In this document: positions 12,040 through 25,870 of the stretch, piece by piece
Layout of the letters: each line of letters starts with the position of its first letter
Position numbering within the stretch: position 1 is the stretch's first letter
From: Lama guanicoe
Taxonomy: Eukaryota
Length of the DNA: 64,000 bases
Direction: 5' to 3'
NCBI GenBank assembly: GCA_013239625.1
Contig: MU053083.1
Coordinates: forward strand, 1 to 64,000
Program-made: the position numbers and the translations under genes
The notes under the pieces: model-generated
Database searches by the model: none
Told to the model about the DNA's origin: nothing
The model's input: the letters and a program-made list of their open reading frames with translations, nothing else

Positions 12040-12510
12040 GAAACTGGATAATGCTTTAGAATTTTATACACATTGACCTTTGCTGATTGCATCCTCCTGA
12101 CGTTAATATCTTCCTTTGTCCTCTGTGTTTCCTGCAAAAAAGAGTAGTAAAATTTAGAGGCCTGATTAGATTTAGGCTTGATTTTTTTTTTTTTTTAAAG
12201 CCAAGAACCCTTTGTTGGTGGTGGTGTGTGTTCCCATTCCAACAGACAGAATATCTGCCCATCTTCCTGCAATGTCAGCAGCCATTGCTTATGCCCAGAT
12301 CTGTTAATTCTTCAGGAGTTACAAAGTGGTGACGTTCTCATTCTATTTTTCCTCTTGCATTTATTAGCTGGAAGAAGTCTAGGAAGAGAAACTCCTCCTC
12401 GCCAACTAGTTACCCTGATAGTTTACATGGGAAAGTTAGGGTAGATGTTTGATTCCCTGTTTACTGGTTTTCAGAGTAATGAGTTGGTTCCTGCCATCCT
12501 CTGAAAGGCT
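12040..12510 (-). mobile_element. L1MC-like 3' fragment
   Basis: gtcagcagccattg...cccagatctgttaattc...gttacaaagtggtga...catttattagctgga...taatgagttggttcc. Confidence 0.55.
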
Positions 12511-12679
12511 CCCCTGCTCCCCAACTTCTTATGAGATAAAGGTGAGGATTAATATCTTTGTCTTTATTCTTTAATTTGACCTGCTGTTGGAGATGTGAGA
12601 AGTTACTCACATATGTGGCAGCTCCTGGCTGGTGGTGAGTAGTTTGGAGAGTTTGAAAAGGATTATGAATGGAATGAAC

Positions 12680-12870
12680 ACAGACTTTGGACTCAGGTGC
12701 ATCTGAATTTATATCTTAGTGTTGCCATTACCCAGCCGTGTGACCCTGGACACAATACTTACCCTTCCTGAGCCTAAGTTTTGCCATGAGCATGAGGAAA
12801 GTTAATAATGCCTGTCTCCTGGGGTTCTTGTCTGGATTTGGGGAAACTGAACAGAGCCTGGCTTATGATG
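12680..12870 (+). mobile_element. MIR SINE
   Basis: cagactttggactcagg...ccgtgtgaccctggacacaatacttacccttcctgagcctaagtt (MIR core). Confidence 0.65.
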
Positions 12871-13109
12871 GAGGCCTGGGAAGCGATCACTTTTACCCAC
12901 ATTTTAGGGAATATAGCCATCCTTGCACTTTTCAGACAGGCTTGGCTTCTTGAAGTCTGACAGTAGTTTGTCACATGGTGCCTTGAAGGGTCAGAGCTCT
13001 CTCTTGGGGAGGGAAGTGGGTGCACTGAGGCCTCTCTACTGAAATGATGAGGTTGGTGGGTGCTGGAAGGGCATGCGTGATGACATCAACTCATAGGATT
13101 AGTTATCTC

Positions 13110-13758
<649 letters not shown>

Positions 13759-14931
13759 TGAACCTGGACTTGGATGGACTTGTTCTTTTGGTTTTCTCTC
13801 TCTCTCGCTCTCTTTTTTTCCGTTAATAAGTATTCATTTATAGGTATCAGACTTAAAATCTTTTACCCAGTATTGATATTTTTCAGTGGGCATTGTTTTT
13901 AGATTCCGTCAACAAACATATATTGTCTGTTACGTGTTCGCCCTTTGCTGGACACTAAAGGTACAGTGACAAATTAGACAGTTGTTTTCCTTGTGGACTT
14001 TAGAGTCTTACAATCAGGGGAATGGCGTATAGTCTGTGGGTCTTACTTGGTAAGTTATGTTGAAAGAATAAAAACCTACTTGGCCACTTACTTAGTTTCC
14101 TTTTCAAATAAATGGGATTCTTGCTTCTCATGTGACTCAGTTCTTCTTTACTCTGTGCTCACCTTTTGTTCTTTCCTTCCCATCTACTCCTTGCCCTCTC
14201 GGGGACTCTCTTCCTCCTCCGCCCTGGCCTTCAGTGGTGGTCAGCGTAGCTCACGACTCCAGGAGCAGTTCTCTCTGCCTCCCAGGTTGGGTTGAGCCAC
14301 CCCACATCCCTCATTTCGCTGGAGCAAAGCAGATAGCCCGCTGTGCTGCGTTCAGGTCAACGTGCCGGCCGTGGCTCTGGCCAGACTCTCCTGAGCACCC
14401 CGTGGGCTTTCCTCATCCTTGTTGTCTTTGCTCAGGCCTCCTGAACACCCCCCGCCCATCCACACACATAGCTCTGTTTAAGGCAGGTCTGGCCCCCTTG
14501 TCCAGTCAGTCAAGGTCCAAAAATCGTGGACCTTTCCTGACCGTCCCAGCCTGACATGATGGGAAGGGTCATAGCTTTTACTTAGTTCCAAGCCTCCCCG
14601 AGGGGAAGGGGAGCCTGCAGCAGGGAAATTATAGTCTGCTCGACCTGAGCAGGCAGTACAGTTATCTGAGTAAGTGCTCATCGACTGACCCATCATTTGT
14701 GGATTAGCAGTGATGTTCCATAGAGGAAGGAAAAGAAAACACTGGTTTTTTGCGTATGTCAAGAGGTAAAAGTCTTCCGGTTGGAGGGAGGCCCCTGAAA
14801 AGTCTGCAGCTGGGAACTGAAGGTGAAAGAGGTGACCTTTGTCGCCCAGAGCACCCTGGAATACGAATGGGCGAGGGGACAGTCTTGGAGGTCACTGCCC
14901 TTAACACTGCTTAACTGTTCTCCTCCTGTAG

Positions 14932-15013
14932 GCAGAGGATGAGAGGAACTACCACATCTTTTACCAGCTCTGTGCTGCTGCCAGTCTCCCGGAATTTAAA
15001 GAGCTCGCACTGA
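14932..15013 (+). CDS. MYO5B: MYO5B exon 7 (82 nt): [27 protein letters not shown](T)
   Basis: Acceptor tctcctcctgtag, donor A|gtaagt; [10 protein letters not shown] myosin motif. Missed by the ORF track. Confidence 0.97.
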
Positions 15014-18000
15014 GTAAGTACCCGCGTGTGTGCGCGTCCTCGGGGCTGGGCTGCAGCTGCGGCTCGCGACGCGTCTGTGCTCGGCTCAGCGTTGTCTGTC
15101 GTGGGTCCGTGGCTCTGCCTCTTCCTTGGGCACGTGCCCTAGACCTCCATGAGCTTCATGCCCAATTGATTGCCAGCCACAGAACTTAAGAGGATGAGAG
15201 GTAGGGGGTTGCAACAGTGTCTGGCAGAGCTTAAAAGAATTTCCATGTATTATTATTTTGAAGAATATGTTTTCACTCTACGTCATAAGAAATGTGTCCC
15301 AGCCATGAGGATCTAGAGATTTGGCTAATGCACGTCACTTAATTGTGGCCAGCATGTTTTAAGTCATATTTGGGGATTGAGACCAAAAAAAAAGAAGGAG
15401 GAGGTGGAGGGAGACAGTGAGGATAAAGCAGGAGTAAGATCAGGGTGGCTCAAGAGGCTTATCAGTAAAGCCTGGGCCTCCGTGCGGAAGGTAAGGAGGG
15501 CATGGAAAAGTTTAACTGGACCGCAGAGCCTTGGCCAGCCGCGTGCCCTGGTCCCTCCTGAGCAGGGTGGGGGATGGGGGTGGAGCAACCCAAGTGCCTC
15601 CCAAATGGGGCCACTGGGTGAGTCAGCTTGTTGCTGCATCAGATAAAAAGACAGCCTTTCAGTGGGTCCCAGTCACCCTTTGTTTCTGCTCTTGCTGTTT
15701 GCTGAGGGGCCACAGTGAGTTCTGTATGCCTTGAGACTGTTGACTTTGGAGCCAGGGGAGTGGAGGCCAGGGCCGAGCAAGAAGAGCTGGCGGACTCTAG
15801 CTCTCGACACTGCACTGACACAGCCCCCTCCGGGGCCTGGAGCCACCCACTTCTGTGTGCAAGCTTTGTCTTGGCTCTTGACTGACTCAGCTGCTGATGC
15901 GTGGGATGAAGGCAGACCCCAGGGCCGTGCAGCTCCCCCATCCCTGGCCTGTCGTCTGTATATTTGGGAGGTGTGGGTAGGTCCAGCACTAGCAGATGGT
16001 GTAAAGACCTGGGCATCTCGACAGAGGTGAGCTGGTCTCTGTGCAGCTGTAAGAGAAACAGACTTCTCAGACTTTGCCGTCCCAGACCCAATTCCTAGTC
16101 ATCTCAAAGGCCCAGCAGCAGGTCCACCTCTGACCGCTCCAGCCTATGCTCCCAGCAGGTAAAATACAGCAAGTAGTTCAAACCTTGGTCTGCCTTCTTA
16201 ACTCTGCTTCACTAGCGGGTGGGTTCCGGTAGCATTCAGTGCCTGTGCCATGTGATTGGGCTTCGGTTCCTTCCTTCATTCATCAAACCCTTTGCAGGCA
16301 AGGTAGGCACTGGGGATGTAGCATTAAACTAAGCAGTTATGGGTCCTGCTCCTGCTTAGCTTGCATTTACGATACAGATAAGGGTGTGTAAGGTGAAGCA
16401 CAGCTGAGGTGGATCAGCAGCTGCTCAGGGAAAGTAAATTTAAACTGGGCCCCAGGGGAGGAAGCCTTGGATGACATATATGACAGTGGTTTTGTACTGT
16501 ACTCGGGCTGTTCGGTGCTTGCAGCTCTGATTCTCCCTGGTGAGATTGTAAACTCCTTGGGGACAAGGAATGACTGTTACAAGCCTTGTCTGATGAGCAC
16601 TGCCCTGAGCTGGGCTCTGATATTGGCTTCTAGTCACAAGGGACCGGGGAGGCAGCCAGGTCAAAGGCCCCTGGACTTCTATGGGCTCAACTGGACTTCT
16701 TAGGGCCAACCCATGGGAGATGAAAACTGGTTCCCAGGGCCAATTTTATAGAAAATGAATGAATAATGGCAAGGTCCATCTTGACTGTATGTAGACCATT
16801 TTATCCCAAATGTAACTTTAAGGTAATAGGAAAGAAATCCCCCCCCCCACTTACACAAGTGCATTGAGGTGAAAAATGACTTTACTCCATGTTTCAGCGA
16901 GATACAGACTCCTTGAACTCCTGGCTGGAGCAGTTGAAAACTACCCAGTTCAATCAATTTCTTGCTTTCTTACCTACATGTGCCCTCCAAGAGCATCTTG
17001 GAATGAAGTGAAGAGCCTTTGATAAGCTCTTGTGCTCAGGCATGAGGCTGTCTTCTGCCTTGTGGGCCGATTGGCTGTGAGCCCTGAAGCTTGACATTTA
17101 GTTCCACTGATAACCCTGGTGGAGTGGATGGAACCGTCAAATAAATGAAGGAAAAGCCAGCAGCTCCTAGTAAATACTGAGACCTGCCTCACCTCTTTCC
17201 CCCTTTTCTTCACCTAAACTGTGCTGTTCAAATGCACAGAAGTCTCTGTAAAACACCTTGGCCCTGCAGGAGTTTTGTGCATTTGTCTGAGAATGGTGTG
17301 GACGGTTTTGCATACAGTCCATCCATACTTTCCTCTGCCCCGTTGTTGGTGGTCTATTGCGTTAAAATGGCTTCAGGATGAGATTTTTTTTTTTTAAATG
17401 GTACAATGAATAATTTATTACAGTGTGAATAAATGATGATTAAAAGCGTTATAATGTACCCACATTTTCCTTAAATGCAGCCTTCAGATAATTAGGCATA
17501 AATCCTTTCATCTTTTTCATTTCCATAGGTGTACTGATAACAGTTTTATAAACAACCTCTCTCTTCCCTTGCACAGGTCAGAGTAGAGCCTCCCCAGGTG
17601 AAGTGCAAGCCCTTGGCTGTGACCTTGATGGTCCACTGCTCTCATCACTGGCTTCACACCCCATCTGTACGCTGGCCTGATCCAACGAGCCAGTTAATAG
17701 AGAATTTTGTGGTGTATATCTCCTTGGGAATTTTAAGTAGAAACAGATCCAAATGGGAGGACAAGAGATCCCTCTCTGGAATGAGACGATTGGCTTCATG
17801 GTCCTAAAAGGAGAGCTGAGATCCAAGCAGGCTAAGCAAATAGGGGAAGAGTGACTGCAACCTGCTGGGGTGTCTGTCTTATAAGGAGGGTCTGGGGAGT
17901 GATGTTAACAGGGGTGATTGCAGATCTTAAAGCAGAAGGAAAGGAGATGATCATGATGATTGGGTTAAAATCATTTAGTATTGAGTGCTGTGACTGACCT

Positions 18001-18462
18001 GGGTGGCCCTGCAGGGATGAACCTCTGCAGGAGGAAGTTATCCTGCTGGGCGCGTGGGTTTGGGAACTGGAAGCAGGGAAAAGGGGGTGGTCTGCTTGAC
18101 TCAGAATATCAGGCAGTGGAGCCCAGGCAGTTGACAATGAAAAGTCTTTGATGGATGCTGAAAATGCCTCCTCCTCTCCAGTATGAGAGTTTAGTGTTGT
18201 CCTCTGAGTCTCGGTGACTCTGGTGTGCCCTGATGCTTTTTGTGTGTGTGTCCCTGGGTGGGCAAGAACTCCACTGATATTTTTGATAATGAGTTAGGTT
18301 GTGTTTATGGCTAAGTCATGAAATGTCACAGATAAACAACCATCTCCTTATTAGGGTGGGGAAGGAATGGACTCCTAGGCCTGGCCAAACCCTGGGTGAG
18401 CCTGGGCAACCTCTTCAAGCCCTCTGGTCCTCAGTTTGCCTGCTGAAAAGTGGGAGTAAATA

Positions 18463-18670
18463 CACACTTGGCCCTTAATATCCATGGGTTCTGCATGTGT
18501 GGATTCAGCCAACAGAAGTTCAGTTCATGGGTGGTGGAACCCTTGGTTGCAGAGGGCTGACTGTGCTACATGAGTTTATGTAAGAGACTTCAACACCTGT
18601 GAATTTTGGTATCTGGGCGGGGTGGGGGGGGTCCTGGAACCTATCCCCTGTGGATACAGAGCGACAGCTG
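18463..18670 (-). mobile_element. MER2/MER8-like TcMar-Tigger MITE
   Basis: Reverse complement begins cagctgtcgctctgtatccacaggggataggttccaggaccccc...gataccaaaatt; TA flanks at 18461-18462 and 18671-18672. Confidence 0.75.
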
Positions 18671-19149
18671 TATTCAGTCTTCTCCAGGGCACTGTAAAAA
18701 TCATCCAATGAGGTATTTTGAAAGGTGAGTGTAAAGGAGGAAAAAGAATTGGTGCTTTTATTAAACCTTTGAAGCTGTTACATGTTCTGGGCCAGAGCCT
18801 GCAGGGTGATTAGGTATGAAAGATCTAAACATGCCACAAAGACCTAGTGTGACTTGCTTCTTAAAAATTCGCTTCTGCTGTAGCTGTGAGTGAGCTCAGG
18901 GCTGAAGTCCTTCCTCTCCCAGTTCAAGTGCCTCCAGTCATCAGAGTGGGTTGAAGTTACTCCTCCAGGAAGCCTTCCCTTATAAAATATGACCGATGCT
19001 CTGCTGTTCATTCCTGTGTGCAGTGTTGCCTGATGGTTGTATTTCAGACTGCGTGAGACTGGGGTTTGGGGTTGAGTTCTGCCACTTTGTAGCTGGGCCT
19101 GATAACGTGGACTTGACCGGCAGGAGGAGTTGGCGTTTAGGGTGGCTTG

Positions 19150-19720
19150 GAACATAAGACTCCAAGGTGGGAAATGGAAGAGACCAGGATGGAGAGGTAG
19201 GCAGGGCCATTGAGGCATGAACAGGAGATAGAGCTGAGGAATGAGCGAGGAAACTGCTGTGCCTGGGACGTAGAGGTGGGGGAAGGAAGGGTTAGCCTGA
19301 GTCTGGAGTGGTCAGAGGAGGCCACTTCACACCAGGCCTGTGGTGCCCTTCTACCATGTTTGACTTTTGCCTTGAGGGCAATGGAGCAGGAGGGTGTCTC
19401 CAAAGGGCTATAAGTAGGGAGTGGTGTGATCGGAGTTACCAGTGGTTTGCCGGAGGGTTTGCAGGGACAGGGGCAGGGAGACAGGTTGAGAGTCTGTTGC
19501 AGCAATCCTCAGACAACAGGTGCTGAAGGTCAGCCCCAGGGCAGTGGTAGTCGGGATGGAGGAAAGAGAGATAAGAAATTCTTGGGAGCTCAAATTGGAA
19601 GGACAAAGTATGGAAGGAGGCCCGGGAGTTGCAGTGAAGCTGCGTCTAAGCCTGTGTAAGTGGAGTGCGTTCAGCCGTCCACGCCCAGGTCGGGAGAAAG
19701 TCATTTAACTGGTGCTCTCA
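19150..19720 (-). mobile_element. L2 fragment
   Basis: tttgacttttgccttgagggcaatggagc...aagtagggagtggtgtgatc...gggcagtggtagtcgggatggagg (typical antisense L2). Confidence 0.55.
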
Positions 19721-20585
19721 GAGGGGGAGGGAAACAGCCAGTGTCCAGTGTCAGCATCTTGTCAAAATCAGACATTATACACTTAGAAATGACGGAGCAC
19801 TGGACAGAGCTGTACTATGTCTTGTGGAAAATTGATTTTCGAGGGGAATTTTGATTAGGTGGAATTTTAGCCTTAAATGCTGACCTCCAAGCCCTGTAGT
19901 GCGTGTACCACCCGGGGCTGATGGCGTTTTTGCCCTCCACTCTGAATTTTGGGACAGAACTGAGCCCCTCGTCACCAGCTGTCCCCCAGGCTGTTACCAG
20001 GGGCCTGACTGATGAGGAATGAAGCTGGGAGGTGAGAGCAAACATATGAAAATCTCATCCTACTCTGGTACCTGTGCTGAAGTAGCTCCAGGTGCCCCAG
20101 CTTAAAAGAAAAGCAAAACACAAAACCAGCCATGTCCCCCGGGCACATCACTGCCCCTCGTTTGTCAAATGAGGCTGTCGGACTCAGCTTATTGGCAGTC
20201 ACGGAGGTCTGGTTCTAGGGTGGGGGTCGCTTTCCTTGTGTGTCTCAGAGCCTTTTTAAAAACAAGTCTGTGGCGAATCCGACTGTAACGTGAATTATCC
20301 AGGACTTTTACGTTCCTGTGTTTTTCAGGTTATCAGTGAAAGTAACAAAGACAGCAGCAGGGTTTGTCAGTGTGGTGTGATTTTCTGTCTGTTGTTACTC
20401 AGTCTTCTCTCCCATTGGCTGATGTCAGTAAAGATGATATTGGAAGGGTTGCACACTCAGCTGGGAATACGGTCTGGTCTGGGAGAGCTTGCTGAGGGAG
20501 GAGAAATCTTCGAGGGTCACGGTCTGTGGCAAACTGGGCCACATCCCTTTGATGCCTGACGCTCCCTTCTCCTCCCCTGCCACAG

Positions 20586-20693
20586 CGTGTGCGGAGGACT
20601 TCTTCTACACGTCACAGGGAGGAGACACGTCCATCGAGGGTGTAGATGATGCTGAGGACTTTGAGAAGACCCGACAAGCCTTCACTCTCCTTG
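20586..20693 (+). CDS. MYO5B: MYO5B exon 8 (108 nt): (T)[35 protein letters not shown](G)
   Basis: Acceptor ctcctcccctgccacag, donor G|gtaagg; phase 1-1 fits both neighbours. Confidence 0.96.
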
Positions 20694-22547
20694 GTAAGGG
20701 GCCTGGCAGTGGGGAGAAAGGACCGATGGGTTTATTTGGTGGAGAGAAAGCCTGCAGTGTCTCACTTTGCTTGCCAACCTTCATAAGCTGGTGGGGAAGC
20801 CCTCTTGCCCTCGGTGAATATCTTCTTACTCTCTTATCCATCCTAGCCCTCGGGCCCCCAAGCTTAAGGCGTGGAGCTTTGCTGACCTTTCTTAACAGTA
20901 AGGATTTAAGAGTTAATCTCTCAGGCTCTGTGGAGTACTCCTCTTCACCTCCTCCAGGCCATTGATGCCAGTGGACGAAAACCAAGAAGAGCCTGTCTTT
21001 TCGTGTACAGTCTGGGTTTAGAGGCAGTGTGTTGTTGCAGAAAGAACATGCCTTGGGGACCAAAACCACCCATGTTGCACAATCATGGGCTCCAAGTTGG
21101 AAACAGACTGTAAGGGTCTGGAGGCTCTGTCACCCATACACACAGTGTCATTTCTGTTACTGCTGCTCCCATGCAGAGCTTAGCAGTGGAATCCTTAACA
21201 TGATCTCTCTGTCCTTCTGGGTCATAAAGGGCAGTAGGGCTGGAGAAAACTGCCCCTTTCCCCTGCCAGTTTTGGGGGAGAAGAGCCCCAAATGGTAAGG
21301 TGGAGGGCAATCCTTGCTTAACTGGGCAGATGAAGTGGTAGATTCCTGGGACCTACAACCAGAAAGTCAGCCTGAAATCCACAAAGTGGCTCAGGATGGC
21401 CCTTGTGCTTTCCCAGCCCTTCCCCGACAGACAGACATACGACGAACCCAGAGCAGCATTTCTTAGATTCTTTGGGAATCAGGGAAATTTTATCCAGTGT
21501 CCAAATAAAACATGGCCAAACAGGACACACCCTGATCTCCAGATGGAGAGAAAAAGAAACCCAGGACCTCATGCGCTGAAGTCTGAGTGCTGTTCACTTC
21601 TGTGGATAACTGGTAATAGACATGGTTTGTCTTTTGTACCAATGACACAGAAACCACACTAATTATTCCAACAGAGAAAAATTACTGTAAATAATTGTTC
21701 ACGAGAGCAGTAGTAGGTAACTAACTATTAAATAAGAGGATTTTTAAGGACTCAGAAGTAGCAGGTGCAAAAGAACTACCTCAAGGGTGAGGAAGAACAG
21801 CCAGTAAAGGAGCTGTGGATGAGGAGAGCCCCCTGCCCCCGGCTGAGATGTTGATCACTTCTAGGAGGATGTGGCTGCCCCAAGATCAGGAAGCCCTCTG
21901 GTGGTGAGGAAACCTGTCGGAGGGTGTGGGCCTGCACTGGTCTGTATAAGCAGCCTGCAGTGCCCCAGGGGGTGGTGGGACCACAACTTCTCAAAGCAGC
22001 CTGAGGACACAGCTGGAGCTCGCCTGGGAGGGTGCTGGGCTCCAAGATGAACACTGGTTGCTTGGAGGATCAGAGTTAGGAGTGGAAATGTCTTCTTGTT
22101 GCTCTTGCCTTGCCAAGTCCTTGCAGTGCCCTCTATTGACCAAGTGTGACGTGCCACCAGCAGGCAAAGGAGAAGTATTGACAGGGTTTTTAGCTCCAGT
22201 ACCACCGAGCAGGGCAAAGAAGGGCAGATGTGAAGCTGGGAGATAACACATTAATAGTAGCACCCCTGACTTCCCCAGTATCACATGGCTATTTTATTCT
22301 CCAGAGCTGGGGAGCACGTTTGAAGGAGACTTGAAGTTGAGCTGGATAGCATTCTGCCCAGAAAGGAGAAGGCTCCTGTGGTGCTGGCGCGAGCCTTGGG
22401 CAGAGCTGATCCAAGGAGAAGGTGGTTTCCTCCAAGGCTCTAAGAGACCGGGTGCTTTAATTCTCAAAGCAAACAGAATTTGTAAAATTAATCATTTTAC
22501 TAAGCCATCTTCCCTACTCTTAAATAAACATGTCCATTTTTTAATTC

Positions 22548-22760
22548 CAGAGGTTGGCAAACTTCTTCTAAAAGGACAGGATAGTAACTATTTTGGGCCT
22601 TGTGGGCATATGATTTCTGTAGCAGCTACTGAACTTTGCCAACGTAGTGCAAACGTAGCCATAGACAAGATGTAAAAGGAAAGACACGGTGGTGTTCTAA
22701 TAAAACTTTATTTACAAAAACAGGCCATGGAAGCTACAGGCCATAGGTTGCCAACCCCTG
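22548..22760 (+). mobile_element. MER58A (hAT-Charlie), near full length
   Basis: TIRs cagaggttggcaaac...gttgccaacccctg; internal gccatagacaa...ttctaataaaactttatttacaaaaacagg. Confidence 0.85.
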
Positions 22761-24511
22761 TCTTACACCTTCAGTTTTGTGTTTTGATTTTTTTATTTTG
22801 TTTTGTTGCTTCCCATAGTGAGGCACTGCTTATTCAGAGACTCCTGTATTTAAGAAGGGACTTTCTAGTCAGTATAGTGCAGGAATCCTGACTATGGTTA
22901 GGATTCAACAGTCATTCAATATCTACTGCTTAAATGCCTACCTTGCAGGGCGGTTAGGTCTCTGGAAATTGACAAAGCATTGGTTCCTAAGAGTAAGTGA
23001 AGGGGAGAGGAAAGTGATCTGTCCCTCTCATCATGTGATGGATGGCCCCAGCACCCACTTCCTGACCAGTCCTTCCGTGGCACTTGAGAGCACTGCAGAC
23101 TCTGATCAAAAGCCCGGTGCTGTCCTCCTGACACAGATGCACAACTGTCTTGTCCTTGTCCTGGGTTTCAGCCTCTGGCTTTAGCCTCTTCCTTTTGCCA
23201 GTCTTTACTCGGTTACACTGGACCAGGACATATGCCTCAATTGTTCACTCTCTGGCTGTTTTTTTTTTTTTCAGTTGAAATAAAACCAGATATCTAAATG
23301 ATGCATACATTTCTGTAGACATTTGCAAGTACTTGCCTCTGTGTAGCAAGAATCAATTCAGTCATTCTATCACTCCTGTTTCTGAGCACCTACTGTGTGC
23401 CAGGCCCTGGGGATACAGTGACGAAGCAAGAACAGGCATTTGTTATATTTTTTTAAATTTGTATATTTTGAAAATATTGTGTAATAAAAATTAAATCCCT
23501 GACCCCTGTGAAATTTACATGGTAGAGGTCCTCAAACATTAAAGTCTAGAGCTAATTTGTTCATGCTTGGGTTGTCTACTTTGTTGATTATCTGAGTAAA
23601 GTTTTTAATCCTAGCATGACACATCTTTACTCCCATTTATATAGATGTCATTGACTCTTTTTTAGCCTGAGTGAAATAATGCCTTAAAAATAAGTAGCTC
23701 CATCTGGGGAGGAATCCGGAGGATAATTGTATTATCTCTTAGACTGAATGGTAGGTTGATTGGCGTTCATTATATTATTCTGGAGCCTTTTTCAAAATCT
23801 GAAATATTCTGTAGTTCAAAAAGAGATGATAATGCCTTAAAGCTAAATATAAATTTTAAGTGATTATCCATGTCTTTGATAACCTGCACAAGTAACAGAA
23901 TTGACAGCCAATGTTTGCTACCAGAGTGGTTCTGGAGTAGGTGTGCGTGTCTGTAACTGAGGGAGCAGATCATCTGATGAACAGCAGTCCCGGTGGGGAA
24001 CAGTCAGTTGCCAGCTGGCCGGCCAGCCCCATAACAGCACCCCTAGGAGAAGTGTCTCCTCTTCTCCCTCTGTTGGCACTTCGGATGTGTGTCACAGATG
24101 TTTGCAGGATGTTATGTTGGGAGAAAAGTGACCGCAGATAAATGACCATTCTTACTAAACTCATAAAAGCATCCATAAAGTGTTCGGTTGAAATGAAGTC
24201 CAAAATGGGTCTGCATGATTGCTCCCTCTCCTTTGCTCTTGGAGAGGTTACGGTGATAGTGACCCATCTGGTTCGATCTGGACAGTCACCATGAAGATAT
24301 TTCCCTGTTAGTCCAAGGAGCCGCTTTGCCCTCGGAGCTGATTCCCTGAGTGGTAATTACTTGGTGGGGAGCCTGGATCATCTTAGGACTCATTGGCCCA
24401 GAAAAGAAAATGAAACCTTATTTTTTTTTAAAGTCTTTAATAAGAGAGTAAAACACCCTTTCTATCCTACCGTGTATATTGAATGTCATTCATTCTTTTT
24501 CTTTTCTCCAG

Positions 24512-24621
24512 GAGTGAGAGAGTCCCATCAGATAAGCATTTTTAAGATAATTGCTTCCATCCTACACCTTGGAAACGTGGAGATTCAGGCTGAGCGTGAT
24601 GGTGAATCCTGCAGTATATCA
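24512..24621 (+). CDS. MYO5B: MYO5B exon 9 (110 nt): (G)[36 protein letters not shown]
   Basis: Acceptor ctttttcttttctccag, donor TCA|gtaagt; ILHLGN myosin motif. Confidence 0.96.
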
Positions 24622-25809
24622 GTAAGTTGCACACCAGCACTAGAGATAAAATGTACACAATTTATTCTGTTCGTACAGCTTTATACAACTGAAACGTGTC
24701 TTTACACTTAGAGGACACTCATAGGTTATTTCTTCTTAACGGTGATGGCTTCTGTTGCCTTGCTGATAATTTTTGAGAAGAACAAATCCTTTTGAAATCA
24801 GTTGCCATCAAGTTCCTATCACTGAGGGCAGGGAATTTAGTAGCTATTCAGTAAATCCTTTTTGATGGTTTGATTTCCTAAGTACCCTGAGGTCCATGGA
24901 ATTCTGTCTGTGTTATCAGTGCGTGAGTTCTTCCTGAGCTCCTGGCCGAGGTCTGTGCTTCAGGGAAATGAAGGAGTGTTGGGCACCATACCTGGTGACT
25001 GTCTCCAAGGGGCTTACACACTCTAAGTGGGTAGACAGGACAGATGATAACAGTTGCCAAGATTTGGACAGTGCAGGCAGAATATTGAGACATCTGTATG
25101 AAAGGATTGCAGACTGCGAAGTGCTCCATAAATGCTCATAGCGTCTGTTGTTTTCCTGGTGCCCCATGTAGGACCTTATATGTGGGAGATAAAAAATGTG
25201 TAAGTGGGTGGTGTGCTGCCAGTTACAAGCAGTGTAGACAGCGTGCTGTGTGCTGTCTGGGGTGTAACCGTGTCGGGTTGGGCTAGCACTGCTGTTCTGA
25301 CCTTGAGTAAGTGAATCCGCAGGTGTTTACTTTCGATCTATTTTGTGCCTATTTATGGCTAAGTGTTGGGATGCGCAAGGTATGATTCTTGCTACCAAGG
25401 ACTTGGAATTTCAATAATGGGGTGCTGGGGAAACACAGAAGGTAGTACTACAGAATATGAACGTGGGCAAGTCCAGGCCGCCCACAAGCTGATGCTTTTT
25501 CAATTGAGCCAACATTTTTTAACCTCCCACTGTTAGTGGGGTTAGGGGTTATCAGAAGTTAAAACTGTCCCTGCCTTTAGGGAGGGGAAGGCCTGAACAG
25601 TAGCTGGCATTTGCCTGAGCTCACCACCCTCTCGCACCCCCATCCATCTCCCCTAAAGGCCAAATAGTCTTGGGTTGGGGGAGTCCCTGGGTCCTCAGGG
25701 CTGCTGCCATCCTCGGCATGGAGTCTGCAACCTCATGAGAGGTTCACCCGCCTGGGCCCAACGTGAAGGAGGGAATGCTGGAGCTGGGCAGTGCTTGGTG
25801 CCCTGGGAC

Positions 25810-25812
<3 letters not shown>

Positions 25813-25855
<43 letters not shown>

Positions 25856-25870
25856 CGTGCGTGCGCGCAT
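25813..25870. repeat. Compound (GT)n/(GC)n microsatellite
   Basis: 58 nt of uninterrupted purine-pyrimidine alternation. Confidence 0.95.

Noticed and set aside
21640..22200. Possible old LTR element
   Set aside because: It has an LTR-like look, but I could not assign a family or boundaries with enough support to list it
24509..24514. NAGNAG (CAG GAG) tandem acceptor at exon 9
   Set aside because: A distal GAG is rarely used and would delete a conserved Gly; nothing in the sequence supports its use
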